64,000 nucleotides of DNA from an uncultured delta proteobacterium (GTDB lineage Bacteria > Myxococcota > Myxococcia > Myxococcales > Myxococcaceae), in contig CAVQKE010000003.1 in the NCBI GenBank assembly GCA_963713045.1, positions 1,056,001 through 1,120,000 of the forward strand. The letters run 5' to 3'. Made by a program: the position numbers and the translations under genes. Numbering within the stretch: the first letter of the stretch is position 1; each line of letters starts with the position of its first letter. Below, piece after piece: positions 1-9,916 of this stretch. The notes beneath the pieces are model-generated. The model was not told the origin of the DNA. It saw only the letters and a list, made by a program, of their open reading frames with translations, and did not search any database.

Positions 1-1221
1 GGTCGACTCGGCGAGGGGCGCGCCACCCAGGGCCGCCGTGCCGCGGGCGAGAAAGGCACGGCGCTGCTCCGGACCCTCCAAGCTGGCCAAGGGCCCGCGA
101 AACCCCTGGCGTTTGTCGACCGCCAAGAGACCACTCAGCATGGCGTCCTGCGCCGCCCGCTGTCGCTCCGAGTCCATGGTGGTAAAAACTTTGAGGCCGC
201 CAGTGAGGAGCGCGGGGTTGCCGTAGCGGCTCACCACGTCCTTGCGCACCTGCTCGACGAAGTACGGCGCGAATTCGTGAAACACGTCCTCCACCGGGTA
301 AACGTGGACGGGTTCTCGGCCTGCCGACTCCTGTTCCTCTCGCGAAATCATCCCCTCCTCGCGCATCCGGCGCAGCACGTAGCCCCGGCGCTCGCTGGCT
401 GCTTTGGGATTCATGAAGGGCGAGTAGCGACTCGGGGCTTGGGGAAGGCCGGCGATGAGGGCCATCTCGGCAAGGGACAAGTCCCGGACGTCTTTGCGAA
501 AGTAGTTCTCCGCGGCGGCTTGGACGCCGTAGGCGTGATGCCCGAGGTAGACGTTGTTCAGGTAGAGGTAGAGAATTTCCTCCTTGCTGAGCGCGGACTC
601 CAGCCGCCGGGCGAGGATGGCCTCGCGGATTTTTCGGACCAACCCCTCCTGGCCTCTCCGCCGCGTCCCCCGCTCGAACCCCTCCTCGGACACCAGCAGT
701 GCCTTGGCCGTCTGCTGGGTAAGGGTCGAACCCCCCTGGACGCCACCCGAGCCGGACGTCTTGTGGAGAATGGTTTTGAAGGCGGCGCGGGCTGTACCCA
801 GCGGGTCAAGGCCAAAGTGGTCGAAGAAGGCTGCGTCCTCCGAGGCGATGAAGGCCTGGACGAGCCGCTTCGGAATTCTCTCATACGGCACCACCTTGCG
901 GCGTTCCGCGTAAAACTCGCCGGCCAGCACTTGGTCGTCGGTAAAGACCTCGGTCAGCACCGGCGGGGCGTAGTCCGACACCCTGGGGATGTCAGGAAGC
1001 CCTTGCGAGAACCGGTAGTAGAGGACGGCCGTCGCCCCGAAGGCTGCGGTGAGACCGGTGAGGGCGAGGAAGGCGGCCAGCTTACTGAGCGGGATGAGGA
1101 TGCGGCCCCAGCGCCCGCGGGGCTTGCGCGGCGACTCCACCAGCACCAGGCGGGTGGGCACCGTCGGCTCCGGCGGTGCGGGCTCAGATGGGGTCGTGTC
1201 GGGCGGCGAAGTGTCGCGCAT
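1..1221 (-). CDS. mrcA: Class A penicillin-binding protein 1A (transglycosylase part; runs off left edge)
   Basis: Not in ORF track; manual minus-strand translation from ATG 1221 gives an N-terminal TM helix and GT51 motifs EDAAFFDHFG, QGGSTLTQQTAK, RKIREA, KEEILYLYLN, LAEMALIAGLPQAPSRYSP. Confidence 0.93.
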   Translation of the reverse strand, partial: MRDTSPPDTTPSEPAPPEPTVPTRLVLVESPRKPRGRWGRILIPLSKLAAFLALTGLTAAFGATAVLYYRFSQGLPDIPRVSDYAPPVLTEVFTDDQVLAGEFYAERRKVVPYERIPKRLVQAFIASEDAAFFDHFGLDPLGTARAAFKTILHKTSGSGGVQGGSTLTQQTAKALLVSEEGFERGTRRRGQEGLVRKIREAILARRLESALSKEEILYLYLNNVYLGHHAYGVQAAAENYFRKDVRDLSLAEMALIAGLPQAPSRYSPFMNPKAASERRGYVLRRMREEGMISREEQESAGREPVHVYPVEDVFHEFAPYFVEQVRKDVVSRYGNPALLTGGLKVFTTMDSERQRAAQDAMLSGLLAVDKRQGFRGPLASLEGPEQRRAFLARGTAALGGAPLAEST

Positions 1222-1241
1222 CAGCAGGGCCTCACTAAACC

Positions 1242-2198
1242 TTACCCCGAGGTTGCAGGCATGCCAGCCCTCGCGAGCACGTCGCGCAGCTCGGGGGGCA
1301 AGGGGGCCTCGAGACGAATGGTGCGTCCGGTTTCGGGATGGGGAAACTGAAGGCTGCCAGCGTGGAGGAAGAGGCGCTTCAAACCCCAGCGCGCCTTGGC
1401 CTCGCGGTTGAAAGCGAAGTCCCCGTACTTCCGGTCGCCCGCCACGGGGTGGCCGAGCGAGGCGAGGTGCCTGCGAATTTGATGGGTACGGCCGGTTTCG
1501 ATGGTGCAGGCCAACAGTGCGGCGTCGCCCCCCTGGTGGACCACCTGCCAGAGCGTCACCGCCTCTTGGAGATTGACGCCTCGACGCGCCTTGGACGCCG
1601 CCGTCTGCTGGTGCTCGGACAGCGGCAAGTCGATGCGGCCCGAGGCCCGCGGCATCCGGCCCTTCACCAGCACCAGGTAGCGCTTGGTGGCCTGCCCTTC
1701 AGTGAAAACCTCGGTGAAGTGCACCATCGCCGGCCGACGGATGGCGACCAGGATGACGCCAGAGGTGTCCCGGTCCAAGCGATGGGCTGGACTGGCGGCG
1801 AAGCCATTGCGCACGGCGCGAGGACCGAGGTAAGCGCGGACGTAGTCGACCAGCGTTCCGCCCGTCACCCCACTCCCGGTGTGGACCGCCATCCCCGAGG
1901 GCTTGTCCACCGCCATCATCCACTCATCCTCGAAGATGACTTTCAGTCGGGAGGGGTCCAGGTGAGAACGCTCGGCCGGCGGGGCAGCGCCGAGGAGGCG
2001 CTCCTCGGTGCCCCGGATGCTCACCACGTCGTCCAGTGCCAGCGCCTGGTCGACCGAAGCCCGCTTGCCGTTCACGCGCACCTTCTTGGTGCGAATCATC
2101 TTGAAGAGGTGGCTGGCCGGCACGGCAGGGAGTCGCTGGCGGAGGACCTTGTCGAGCCGCACCCCCGCGTGGTCGCTGTCGATGCGAAACTCGATCAT
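1242..2198 (-). CDS. RluA-family (RluC-like, S4 domain) 23S rRNA pseudouridine synthase
   Basis: S4-like RLDKVLR, DKPSGMAVH, HRLDRDTSG catalytic Asp motif, TGRTHQIRRH, GDRKYG. Confidence 0.93.
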   Translation of the reverse strand: MIEFRIDSDHAGVRLDKVLRQRLPAVPASHLFKMIRTKKVRVNGKRASVDQALALDDVVSIRGTEERLLGAAPPAERSHLDPSRLKVIFEDEWMMAVDKPSGMAVHTGSGVTGGTLVDYVRAYLGPRAVRNGFAASPAHRLDRDTSGVILVAIRRPAMVHFTEVFTEGQATKRYLVLVKGRMPRASGRIDLPLSEHQQTAASKARRGVNLQEAVTLWQVVHQGGDAALLACTIETGRTHQIRRHLASLGHPVAGDRKYGDFAFNREAKARWGLKRLFLHAGSLQFPHPETGRTIRLEAPLPPELRDVLARAGMPATSG

Positions 2199-2241
2199 TT
2201 AGAGCGCGATGATGGAACCACACCGCTAAACTGTTGTGTAT

Positions 2242-3681
2242 ATGCCGAAGGCCATGACCATCGAAGACCTCCTCCGAAACGGCTCCACGGAGTGGAACAA
2301 ACTGCGGAAGAGCGGGAAGGTAGGCACCGACCACACCGGGGCCACCTTCGAGAACCTCTTCTCTGCCAATGCCGACCTTTCCGGCCTAGTGCTGGTGGGC
2401 TCGGAGTGGGACCGCTGCGACCTCTCCAAAGTCACTTTTCGGGAGTCGGACCTCTCGGGTGCCTACTTCCACGGAGGGCGCCTCCAGGATTGTGACTTCC
2501 GCGGGGCAAACCTCGAAGGCGCCACCTTCGAGCGACTGAAGCTGTTGCGCTGCGACTTCGCCGGCGCCCTCGGGCTCGACGCCCTGGAGTTCGAAGAGGT
2601 GGACATGGACCGGGTGGTGGGACTGGATGGTGAGGAAGCCCCTCCCCCCCCACCCCCGCCAGCGCAAGGGATTACGTCCTTCACTCGGGAGCAGCGACAG
2701 GCCACCGAGCTGAGCCTCTCCGGGGCAGACGAGATGCCTCCGTTTTCCCCTCAGGACCCACCGGGAACCCTGCTCTTCCGGGGGCTCAAGCGGCTGGGTG
2801 GCCCCTTGCCCTGGGTACTGGACACGCCGGGCCTCCGCCCCCCGCTCCCCACGCGACTGCTTCCAGGGACGGGGCTCGAGGCGCTCTTGCGCGAGGCGGT
2901 GAAGACGCGTCTCGAAGGAAGCCGGCCCATTACCGACCCCGACGGGGTGACCCGGGCCCAGGCGGCGCTTCGGCTGGGAAGTAAGGACGCCGCCTTCGGG
3001 GTGATGTATCTGCGCGAAGTTGGCGTCGAGCCCCTCTTCCGCTTTTCGGCGTCGGCCGTCCTCAAAGGCGCCCTCAAGGCCGACCTCGAGGCGGATGACC
3101 TGACCGGGCCGGTGGACCCGCGGGTGGCCGGGGCCCTGTGGGAGCTCCGCCTGCCGCGGGAACTCGACGAAGCCTTCGGCGAGGTGCGGCGCCGCCTGGC
3201 GGCCACCCAGCTCTTCTCGGCCCTGCTCGAGGCCGGCTTCACACCGGACAACAACTGGGAGGAGGCGGTGGACGCCTCCGAGGCGGCGCTCGACCTGGTG
3301 GCGCTCAGCGTCGGCGACCGCCGGGACCTGTTGACCGAGGCCTTTTCCGCCTTCGCCGGCCTGCCCGAGGAGGCGCGGCTACGACGGTTGGCCTACCTGG
3401 CTGAGGCGGCGACCCACTTGGAGCAGTTGAGCAGGCTTCCGCCCGGCACCGAGCCGGCCTGGCTGCAGGGTGCGGAGTTCCGGGAGTGCCATGACCGCGA
3501 GATGCTGACCCTGGAGACACTGCACGCCGAGGACGTGCCGACGCGCGTCCCCGAGCTGGCCCAGGCGGAGCTGGGGGTGACACCGGGAACGGTGCCTGAG
3601 GACAGCGAGGGCGACCTCTTCATCCACCTCCGCTGCGCCGTCTGCGGCAAGGAAAAGCTCATCGTCCAGTCGCCTGACTGA
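2242..3681 (+). CDS. Pentapeptide-repeat protein with poly-Pro linker and unknown C-terminal domain
   Basis: A(D/N)Lxx repeats (ADLSG, SDLSG, ANLEG) in first about 120 aa; P7 linker; C-terminal CAVC. Confidence 0.8.
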   Translation: MPKAMTIEDLLRNGSTEWNKLRKSGKVGTDHTGATFENLFSANADLSGLVLVGSEWDRCDLSKVTFRESDLSGAYFHGGRLQDCDFRGANLEGATFERLKLLRCDFAGALGLDALEFEEVDMDRVVGLDGEEAPPPPPPPAQGITSFTREQRQATELSLSGADEMPPFSPQDPPGTLLFRGLKRLGGPLPWVLDTPGLRPPLPTRLLPGTGLEALLREAVKTRLEGSRPITDPDGVTRAQAALRLGSKDAAFGVMYLREVGVEPLFRFSASAVLKGALKADLEADDLTGPVDPRVAGALWELRLPRELDEAFGEVRRRLAATQLFSALLEAGFTPDNNWEEAVDASEAALDLVALSVGDRRDLLTEAFSAFAGLPEEARLRRLAYLAEAATHLEQLSRLPPGTEPAWLQGAEFRECHDREMLTLETLHAEDVPTRVPELAQAELGVTPGTVPEDSEGDLFIHLRCAVCGKEKLIVQSPD

Positions 3682-3700
3682 GGTCCCCGGGGCACAGCCG

Positions 3701-5752
3701 ATGGCACGACAACTCCTCCTTCTGGTGTCCCTTGCCGGCGCCTCGGCCGCGGCGGCTAACCCACCAGCCGACCGACCGCTGGCGCAGTTGCCGTACACAC
3801 CGAGCCTGGACACCTCGGCCATGGACCGCTCGGCAAACCCTTGCGTCGACTTCTACGCCTACAGCTGCGGCGGCTGGCAGAAGAATAACCCCATTCCCGC
3901 TGACCAAGAGGGCTGGAGCGTCTACGGCAAGCTCCAAGTCGACACGCTTCGCTTCCTGTGGGGAATCCTCGAGGATGCGGCCAAACCGGAGCCAACTCGG
4001 GACGCAGTGACGCGAGAAGTGGGCGACTTCTTCGCAGCCTGCATGGATGAGGCCAGGGTGGAGAAGCTTGGCGAGCGGCCATTGACGCCAGACTTGGAGG
4101 CCATCTCCGCACTGAGAGATTTGACTGGCCTCAGTCGCTGGCTCGGTGCACAACACCGGATAGACAGCGGGCGTCTCTTCTTCGGCATCAGCTCGGAACA
4201 AGACGCCTCCGACGCCACTCGTGTCATCGCCGTCGTCGCCGCTGGTGGACTTGGGCTTCCTGACCGGGACTACTACCTCAAGATGGATGCGCGCTCGAAG
4301 GCCATCCGCGAGCGGTACCTGCGGCACGTGGCAAGAATGCTCGAGCTATCGGGCCAGGCACCCGGAGAAGCGGCGGACGACGCCAAGACAATTCTCGGGC
4401 TCGAGACGGAGCTGGCGAAGGCTTCGCTTACCCGGGTCGAGCGGCGAGACCCGTACAAAGTGTTTCACAAGATGTCCATCGCGAAACTGAAAGCGCTGGC
4501 TCCGGCCATCGACTGGGACGGGTACCTCAGCGCCCTGGGAGCGGAGAACCTCTCGGAGCTCAACGTCAGCCAGCCGAAATTCTTCAGCGCTTTGAGTGCC
4601 TTGCTCCAGCACCGGACGTTCGCGGACTGGAAAGCCTATGCCCGCTGGCACGTGGTCTCGAGTCGGGCCGAGCTGCTCTCGTCTGCATTTGTGAATGAGG
4701 ACTTCGACTTCTACCGAAAGTATTTGAGAGGAGTCGAGGCACTGCCGCCGCGGTGGAAGCGCTGCGTTGTCGGTGTCGATGGGTACCTCGGGGAGGCACT
4801 GGGGCAGCTCTACGTTCAGCGAGCCTTCAGCGCAGAGGTGAAGGCGCAAGCGTCCAAAATGGTGGTCGCCATCCAAAAGGAAATGGAACTGGACCTCCAG
4901 ACGCTGCCTTGGATGAGCGAGTCGACACGCGTCAAGGCCTTGGAAAAGTTGCACGCCATGGCGAACAAAGTCGGCTACCCAGACAAGTGGCGCGATTACT
5001 CGTCCATCGTCATTACCCGGGAGGACTTCTACGGTGACGTCGTGCGCGCCTCCAGCTTCGAGACGAAGCGCGTGCTGGGCAAAATCGGCAAACCGGTGGA
5101 CCGCAATGAGTGGGACATGACGCCGGTGACCGTCAACGCCTACTACAACCCACAGCTCAACGACATGAACTTCCCAGCGGCCGTGCTGCAGCCACCGCTT
5201 TACGACGTCAAACTGGATGACGCCCCGAATTACGGGAACACCGGCGGCACCATCGGTCACGAGCTCACCCACGGCTTCGACGACGAAGGCCGGCAGTTCG
5301 ATGCCCATGGCAATCTCAAGGATTGGTGGACGAAAAAGGATGAAAAGGAGTTTCTCAGCCGGGCTCGGTGCGTGTCCGACGAATACTCCTCCTATGTGGT
5401 GGTGGATGACGTCCACATCAACGGAAAGCTGACGCTCGGCGAGGACGTCGCTGACCTCGGAGGAACGTTGCTGGCCTATCGCGCCTGGAAGCGGGCCACC
5501 GTCGGCTCCGGACTTCAGCCTCGCGACGGACTCACCCCCGAGCAGCGTTTCTTCGTTGGTTACGCTCAGTGGGTGTGCTCGAACCAGCGGCCCGAAGACC
5601 AGCGCCTTCGCGCCATCACCGACGAACACTCTCCGCCCATCTGGCGCGTCAACGGGGTGATGGTCAACATTCCGGAGTTTGCTGCGGCCTTTGCCTGCAA
5701 GCCCGGACAGCCGATGGCCAAACCCTCGGACAAGGTGTGCAAAATTTGGTGA
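3701..5752 (+). CDS. Secreted M13 (neprilysin/PepO-like) zinc metallopeptidase
   Basis: Signal peptide; PCVDFYAYSCGGW; VNAYY; HELTH zincin motif; GEDVADLGG. Confidence 0.95.
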   Translation: MARQLLLLVSLAGASAAAANPPADRPLAQLPYTPSLDTSAMDRSANPCVDFYAYSCGGWQKNNPIPADQEGWSVYGKLQVDTLRFLWGILEDAAKPEPTRDAVTREVGDFFAACMDEARVEKLGERPLTPDLEAISALRDLTGLSRWLGAQHRIDSGRLFFGISSEQDASDATRVIAVVAAGGLGLPDRDYYLKMDARSKAIRERYLRHVARMLELSGQAPGEAADDAKTILGLETELAKASLTRVERRDPYKVFHKMSIAKLKALAPAIDWDGYLSALGAENLSELNVSQPKFFSALSALLQHRTFADWKAYARWHVVSSRAELLSSAFVNEDFDFYRKYLRGVEALPPRWKRCVVGVDGYLGEALGQLYVQRAFSAEVKAQASKMVVAIQKEMELDLQTLPWMSESTRVKALEKLHAMANKVGYPDKWRDYSSIVITREDFYGDVVRASSFETKRVLGKIGKPVDRNEWDMTPVTVNAYYNPQLNDMNFPAAVLQPPLYDVKLDDAPNYGNTGGTIGHELTHGFDDEGRQFDAHGNLKDWWTKKDEKEFLSRARCVSDEYSSYVVVDDVHINGKLTLGEDVADLGGTLLAYRAWKRATVGSGLQPRDGLTPEQRFFVGYAQWVCSNQRPEDQRLRAITDEHSPPIWRVNGVMVNIPEFAAAFACKPGQPMAKPSDKVCKIW

Positions 5753-5786
5753 GGCTTCCCCCCTCGGCTGCGGGCGCTCCCCGCCT

Positions 5787-6761
5787 TTAGAAGAGGGACA
5801 GCTGCTTCGGCTTCCCTAGGACGCGCGCGTCAAGCCCCGCCGCCGACAGCGCCTGGGCCAACTCGCGGGCAAAGCCGTGGTGGGTGACGACTTCGCTGGC
5901 ACCGGTGGCGCGGGCATACTCCACCAGCGCAGCGCAGTCCGCGTGGTCCGACACTGGGAAGGCGACGTCCGCGCCGTAGCGGCGGGCCGTTCCGCCGTCC
6001 ATCGCCCAACCGGTGAGAACCGCCGTCTCGCGTGGCCAGGGGCGGTTGAGCCGCTGGAAGCGCCAAGCATGGGGCGGAAACACCGCCACCTCGCCAGGCT
6101 TCCAGCTGTTGTCGAAGCGGCGCATTGGCCCCACGTCCACCCCAAACTCGCGGTACAACGCTGAAATGTCGCAGATGCTGGAATGGGCGACCACGGCGTG
6201 TCCGCCCCGGGTCAGCGAGCAGATGACCTCCTGGGCCTTGCCCAGGGCATAGCCCAGCAGCACCGGCGTCGCCCCGCGCTCGAGAGTGGCGTGTACCCAG
6301 GCGTCGACTGCCTTCAGCACTTGGGTCCGGTCGGGAAAAGCGTAGCGCGGGTGCCCGAAGGTGGACTCAATGACCAGGGTGTCACAGCAGGCCACCTGGG
6401 CCGGCTCGGCGGTCAGGGCGGGGGAGAGATTGAGGTCTCCGGTGTAGACGATGCGCCGTCCGTCCGGCCGAGTGACGCGCAGCTGGGCCGAACCGAGGAT
6501 GTGGCCGGCGGGCAACAGCTCGAGCGTCAGGGGCCCAAGCGCGAAAGGCCGATTGTAGGGGGCGCTGAGAGGACCCTCCAGGGCACCCAGCCGATGCGCC
6601 ATCAGCCGCAGCGTTGGGGCGGTGGCGATGACGCGGTCATGGCGAGCGATGTGGTCGGTATGGGCGTGGCTGACGAAGGAGAGTTCACCTTTGCGGCGCG
6701 CGTCCAGGGCGAGCACCGTGCCCGAGAGGTGAAGCCCGCCTCGTCTCAGCTCGACTGCCAT
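5787..6761 (-). CDS. Beta-CASP-type metallo-beta-lactamase-fold nuclease (putative)
   Basis: SHAHTDH, PAGHILGS, YTGD, ESTFG, YALGKAQE, SDHAD; start at MAVELRR (ORF track over-extends). Confidence 0.85.
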   Translation of the reverse strand: MAVELRRGGLHLSGTVLALDARRKGELSFVSHAHTDHIARHDRVIATAPTLRLMAHRLGALEGPLSAPYNRPFALGPLTLELLPAGHILGSAQLRVTRPDGRRIVYTGDLNLSPALTAEPAQVACCDTLVIESTFGHPRYAFPDRTQVLKAVDAWVHATLERGATPVLLGYALGKAQEVICSLTRGGHAVVAHSSICDISALYREFGVDVGPMRRFDNSWKPGEVAVFPPHAWRFQRLNRPWPRETAVLTGWAMDGGTARRYGADVAFPVSDHADCAALVEYARATGASEVVTHHGFARELAQALSAAGLDARVLGKPKQLSLF

Positions 6762-6784
6762 GCGCCGTTTTTGTCCTGTGGACT

Positions 6785-7711
6785 CTATACCGGGCCACGC
6801 CGACGCCGGGCACTGCCCGAGGCACGCACCGCCCAGCTCCAACCCAAAGGGCCAAGCTCCGAGACGAGCACGCCGGCAAGAATCAGTCCGCCTCCTAAGA
6901 CTTCGCGCTGGCCAAGCCTTTCCCGCCCGAGGGCCAGGGAGTAGGCGGTGGCAAACACCGGCTCGAGCGCGTACACCAGCGCCGCTCTCACTGCAGTGGT
7001 GCGCGCCTGCGCCCAGGCCTGCAACAGAAGCGCGACGGCAGTGGCGCCCACGCCGGTGATGAGCACCGCGTTCCAGAGCGGCCAGCTCGCCTGTAGCCTG
7101 GAGCCAAACGCCCAGACCGCCCCCGCGGCGACTGCGGCCACCGTCCACAGCTGGACGGCCACCAGGGGCGCGGGCGCGTGCACCCGCGCCAGCTGCTCGA
7201 GCAGCGTCAGCTGCAGCGCAAAGGCAAGCGCGCAGAGCAGCGTCAACCAGTCGCCCAGCCCGAAACGTGCCGTCACCCCCAACGAGGTGCCACCGGCGAA
7301 GGCCCACAGCCCCAACACGGCGAGGGCCACCCCCAGAAGGCTGGCCGGCGGCGGGCGGCGGCGGTGGACAGCCACCGACAGGAAGGGGACCAAAAGGACG
7401 GAGAGGCCGGTGAGAAACGCGCTCCTGGAGGGCGTGGTGAATTGCAGCCCAGCGGTTTGGGCGGCAAAGCCGACGAAGAGGAGAAGGCCGAGGCCCACGC
7501 CGGCCCGCACCAGCGAGGGCTTGCCCATGCCGCGCCACGCCCAGAGGGTGAGGAGGCCTGCCCCGAGGGTGAAGCGGAGCGCGAGAAAACTGAAGGGGTC
7601 TGCCAGGGCAAGGGCGTCCTTCACCACCACGAAGGTGAGGCCCCACAGGGCAGTGATGGACACCAGCACCGCGTCCGCGCGGCGGGCGTCGCTGGGGGGC
7701 TGTGCGCTCAC
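6785..7711 (-). CDS. DMT/EamA family transporter
   Basis: About 10 TM helices; WGLTFVVVK, LEPVFA. Confidence 0.9.
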   Translation of the reverse strand: MSAQPPSDARRADAVLVSITALWGLTFVVVKDALALADPFSFLALRFTLGAGLLTLWAWRGMGKPSLVRAGVGLGLLLFVGFAAQTAGLQFTTPSRSAFLTGLSVLLVPFLSVAVHRRRPPPASLLGVALAVLGLWAFAGGTSLGVTARFGLGDWLTLLCALAFALQLTLLEQLARVHAPAPLVAVQLWTVAAVAAGAVWAFGSRLQASWPLWNAVLITGVGATAVALLLQAWAQARTTAVRAALVYALEPVFATAYSLALGRERLGQREVLGGGLILAGVLVSELGPLGWSWAVRASGSARRRRGPV

Positions 7712-8799
7712 GGGACGAAGAAGAAGACGATGGCGAGGAGCGCATAGACACCGAGCAGCATCGCCCCCTCGAGCCAGTTGGACTCCCCGTCGAGCGCGAT
7801 GATGGTGGTCGCCCCGACGGAGATGGCCAGCGCCACCACCTCCAGCTGGGAAAACTCGAGGGTCAGCGGGTGCCCGAGAGACCTCGAGACGAGCACCAGC
7901 AGCGGGGCGATGAGGAGGGCAATCTGCTTGCTGGATTCGAGGCAGATGGAGAAGGCGAGCTCCACCTTGTCGCGCACCGCCATCAGCACTGCGCTCGAGT
8001 GCTCGGCCGCGTTGGCTACCACGGCGATGATGACCACCCCGACGAATGTCGAGGTGAGACCCCAGGCAACCGTGGCCGGTTTGAGCGCCCGCACCAGCAC
8101 CTCGGCCACGGCCACCGTCCCGAGGGTCGCAGCACCGAGAAGCGCCACCGCCTGTTTGGTACTCCAGCGCGGCTCCTCATCGTCGCTCTCCTCCCCCTCG
8201 AAGAGTTGGGCGTGCGTCTTCAGCGAGAAAAGGAGGGACAGCCCATAGAGCAACAGCAGGACCACCGAGACGGCCAAGGAAAGCGGCCGCATCAGCGGTG
8301 CGGCGGCCTGTCCGAGCGCCAGATGGAAGAGGTTGGGGATGACCAGTCCCGTCACCGCCAGGTACATGAGCGCCACGCCGGACAGCACGGCGGTGGCATT
8401 GAAGACTTGGCGCTCCCGCCCGACGCCGCCCGCGAAGACGGCCCCGCCCAGCACCAGCAGCAGGTTGCAGATGACGCTGCCGGTAATCGAGGCCTTCACC
8501 ACCGCGGTCTCCCCGGCCCGGAGGGCCAAAAGAGCGATGATTAATTCCGCCGCGTTGCCGAAGGTGGCATTCAACAGCCCCCCGAGCCCGGCACCTGCGC
8601 GGTGAGCGATGGCCTCGGTGCTGGCCCCCATCCAGTGAGCGAGCGGGACAATGGCCAACGCGGCGAGGATGAAGGTAACCGCTCCGCCGTGGAGCCAGCC
8701 GGAAAGAAGCGCCGCGGGCACCAGAAGGAGCATCACCACGAAGGCGCCGTCAAGCGAACGCCATCGAAAACGAGAAACGGCAGAAGGTGCGCGCGTCAT
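7708..8799 (-). CDS. Calcium/proton exchanger (CAX/ChaA family)
   Basis: GLLNATFGNAAELI, SITGSVICNLLLVLG, ANAAEH, GESNWLEG alpha-repeat motifs. Confidence 0.92.
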   Translation of the reverse strand: MTRAPSAVSRFRWRSLDGAFVVMLLLVPAALLSGWLHGGAVTFILAALAIVPLAHWMGASTEAIAHRAGAGLGGLLNATFGNAAELIIALLALRAGETAVVKASITGSVICNLLLVLGGAVFAGGVGRERQVFNATAVLSGVALMYLAVTGLVIPNLFHLALGQAAAPLMRPLSLAVSVVLLLLYGLSLLFSLKTHAQLFEGEESDDEEPRWSTKQAVALLGAATLGTVAVAEVLVRALKPATVAWGLTSTFVGVVIIAVVANAAEHSSAVLMAVRDKVELAFSICLESSKQIALLIAPLLVLVSRSLGHPLTLEFSQLEVVALAISVGATTIIALDGESNWLEGAMLLGVYALLAIVFFFVP

Positions 8800-8887
8800 G
8801 GGACGGCGCGCGTTCTCCCCCGGGAGGTGGAGCGCCTGCAAGGGGGACGAACCGCAGCCGTCGGCCCCACCCAGCGCGGCCGGTTGA

Positions 8888-9898
8888 CTAAGCCCGCGCC
8901 CAGCGTTCCACCCCGTCTCCTTCGCTTCGACGAACGCGCCCGTCTTCCTCCATCACCTCGAGATTCCCCACCACTTCCGAGAGGGTGAGGAAAAGCCTTG
9001 GGCCCTCGTGCTCCCCGAAGAGGGCCTGCGTCAGTGCGTAGCTGGTGGCGGGGCCAGTGGCCAATGCGGCAAGCACCTTGTCTTGCCGGCGGGCGTAGAA
9101 CCCGAAGAGTCGCTCCAGCAGCGGCCGCAGTTGTTGAAAGGGCTCCCCATGCCCAGGGAGAACCCAGTCCACGTCGAGTGTCAGAACGTGCCGGATGGAG
9201 GCGAAGTAGTGGACCAGGGCTCGACTGGTACGGACCGGCCCCTCGCCCTGCAACTCCAGGAAGGGATTGGGGGAGGTCCGCGCCAGAATGTGGTCATCGG
9301 CGAAGAGGAGATGGTGCTCGGCGTCAAAAAGACACACCAGCCCCGGAGTATGGCCCGGCAGGTGAAGCACTTCCGCCCCGAAGCGGGCAAAGCGCAGACG
9401 CTGTCCGGCGGCGAGGGGCTGAGTGCGCTCGGCGTCAATGCGCCGGCTGTACTTTCCGCTAAAACGTCCAAAGGCAACCAGCCGATCCAGCTGCTCGGTC
9501 GGCACTCCGGAACGCACCATGAAGGCACGGTAACGCGGTGCGCGGCGGTCCCAGCTGTCCGGTCCGACGGCCTTGTGGGCATCGGCTGGGTGAATGAAGA
9601 CGGCCGCCCCGCTCTCCTCGGACAACGTCTGGGCCAGTCCATAGTGGTCGACGTGCCCATGGCTGACCAACAGACGGGTGCAGCGTCGCAAATCGATGGC
9701 TCTTTCAGCAGCCCCGGCCCGTAGCGCCGCTTCGCCCTCGGCGGTGCCAATGCCGCAGTCGAAAAGCGCCCAGCCTCCCTCGTCCTCCAAAGCGTAGACG
9801 TTGACCGGGCCTCCCGCGTCCGCGAATGGCACTGGCAGGGGAATGCGGCTGATGCCCAGCGAAGCGAGGAAGACGTCGCTTTGGGAGGAACCAGGCAT
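8888..9898 (-). CDS. MBL-fold metallo-hydrolase with C-terminal winged helix
   Basis: VNVY, SHGHVDHYG, PGHTPG, PGHG. Confidence 0.88.
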   Translation of the reverse strand: MPGSSQSDVFLASLGISRIPLPVPFADAGGPVNVYALEDEGGWALFDCGIGTAEGEAALRAGAAERAIDLRRCTRLLVSHGHVDHYGLAQTLSEESGAAVFIHPADAHKAVGPDSWDRRAPRYRAFMVRSGVPTEQLDRLVAFGRFSGKYSRRIDAERTQPLAAGQRLRFARFGAEVLHLPGHTPGLVCLFDAEHHLLFADDHILARTSPNPFLELQGEGPVRTSRALVHYFASIRHVLTLDVDWVLPGHGEPFQQLRPLLERLFGFYARRQDKVLAALATGPATSYALTQALFGEHEGPRLFLTLSEVVGNLEVMEEDGRVRRSEGDGVERWARA

Positions 9899-9916
9899 GG
9901 GCGGAGGGACGGCTTG

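Noticed and set aside
277..1350. Long plus-strand ORF and the many other long antisense or alternate-frame ORFs in the track
   Set aside because: Shadow ORFs of real genes in high-GC DNA (here antisense to PBP1A); no motifs
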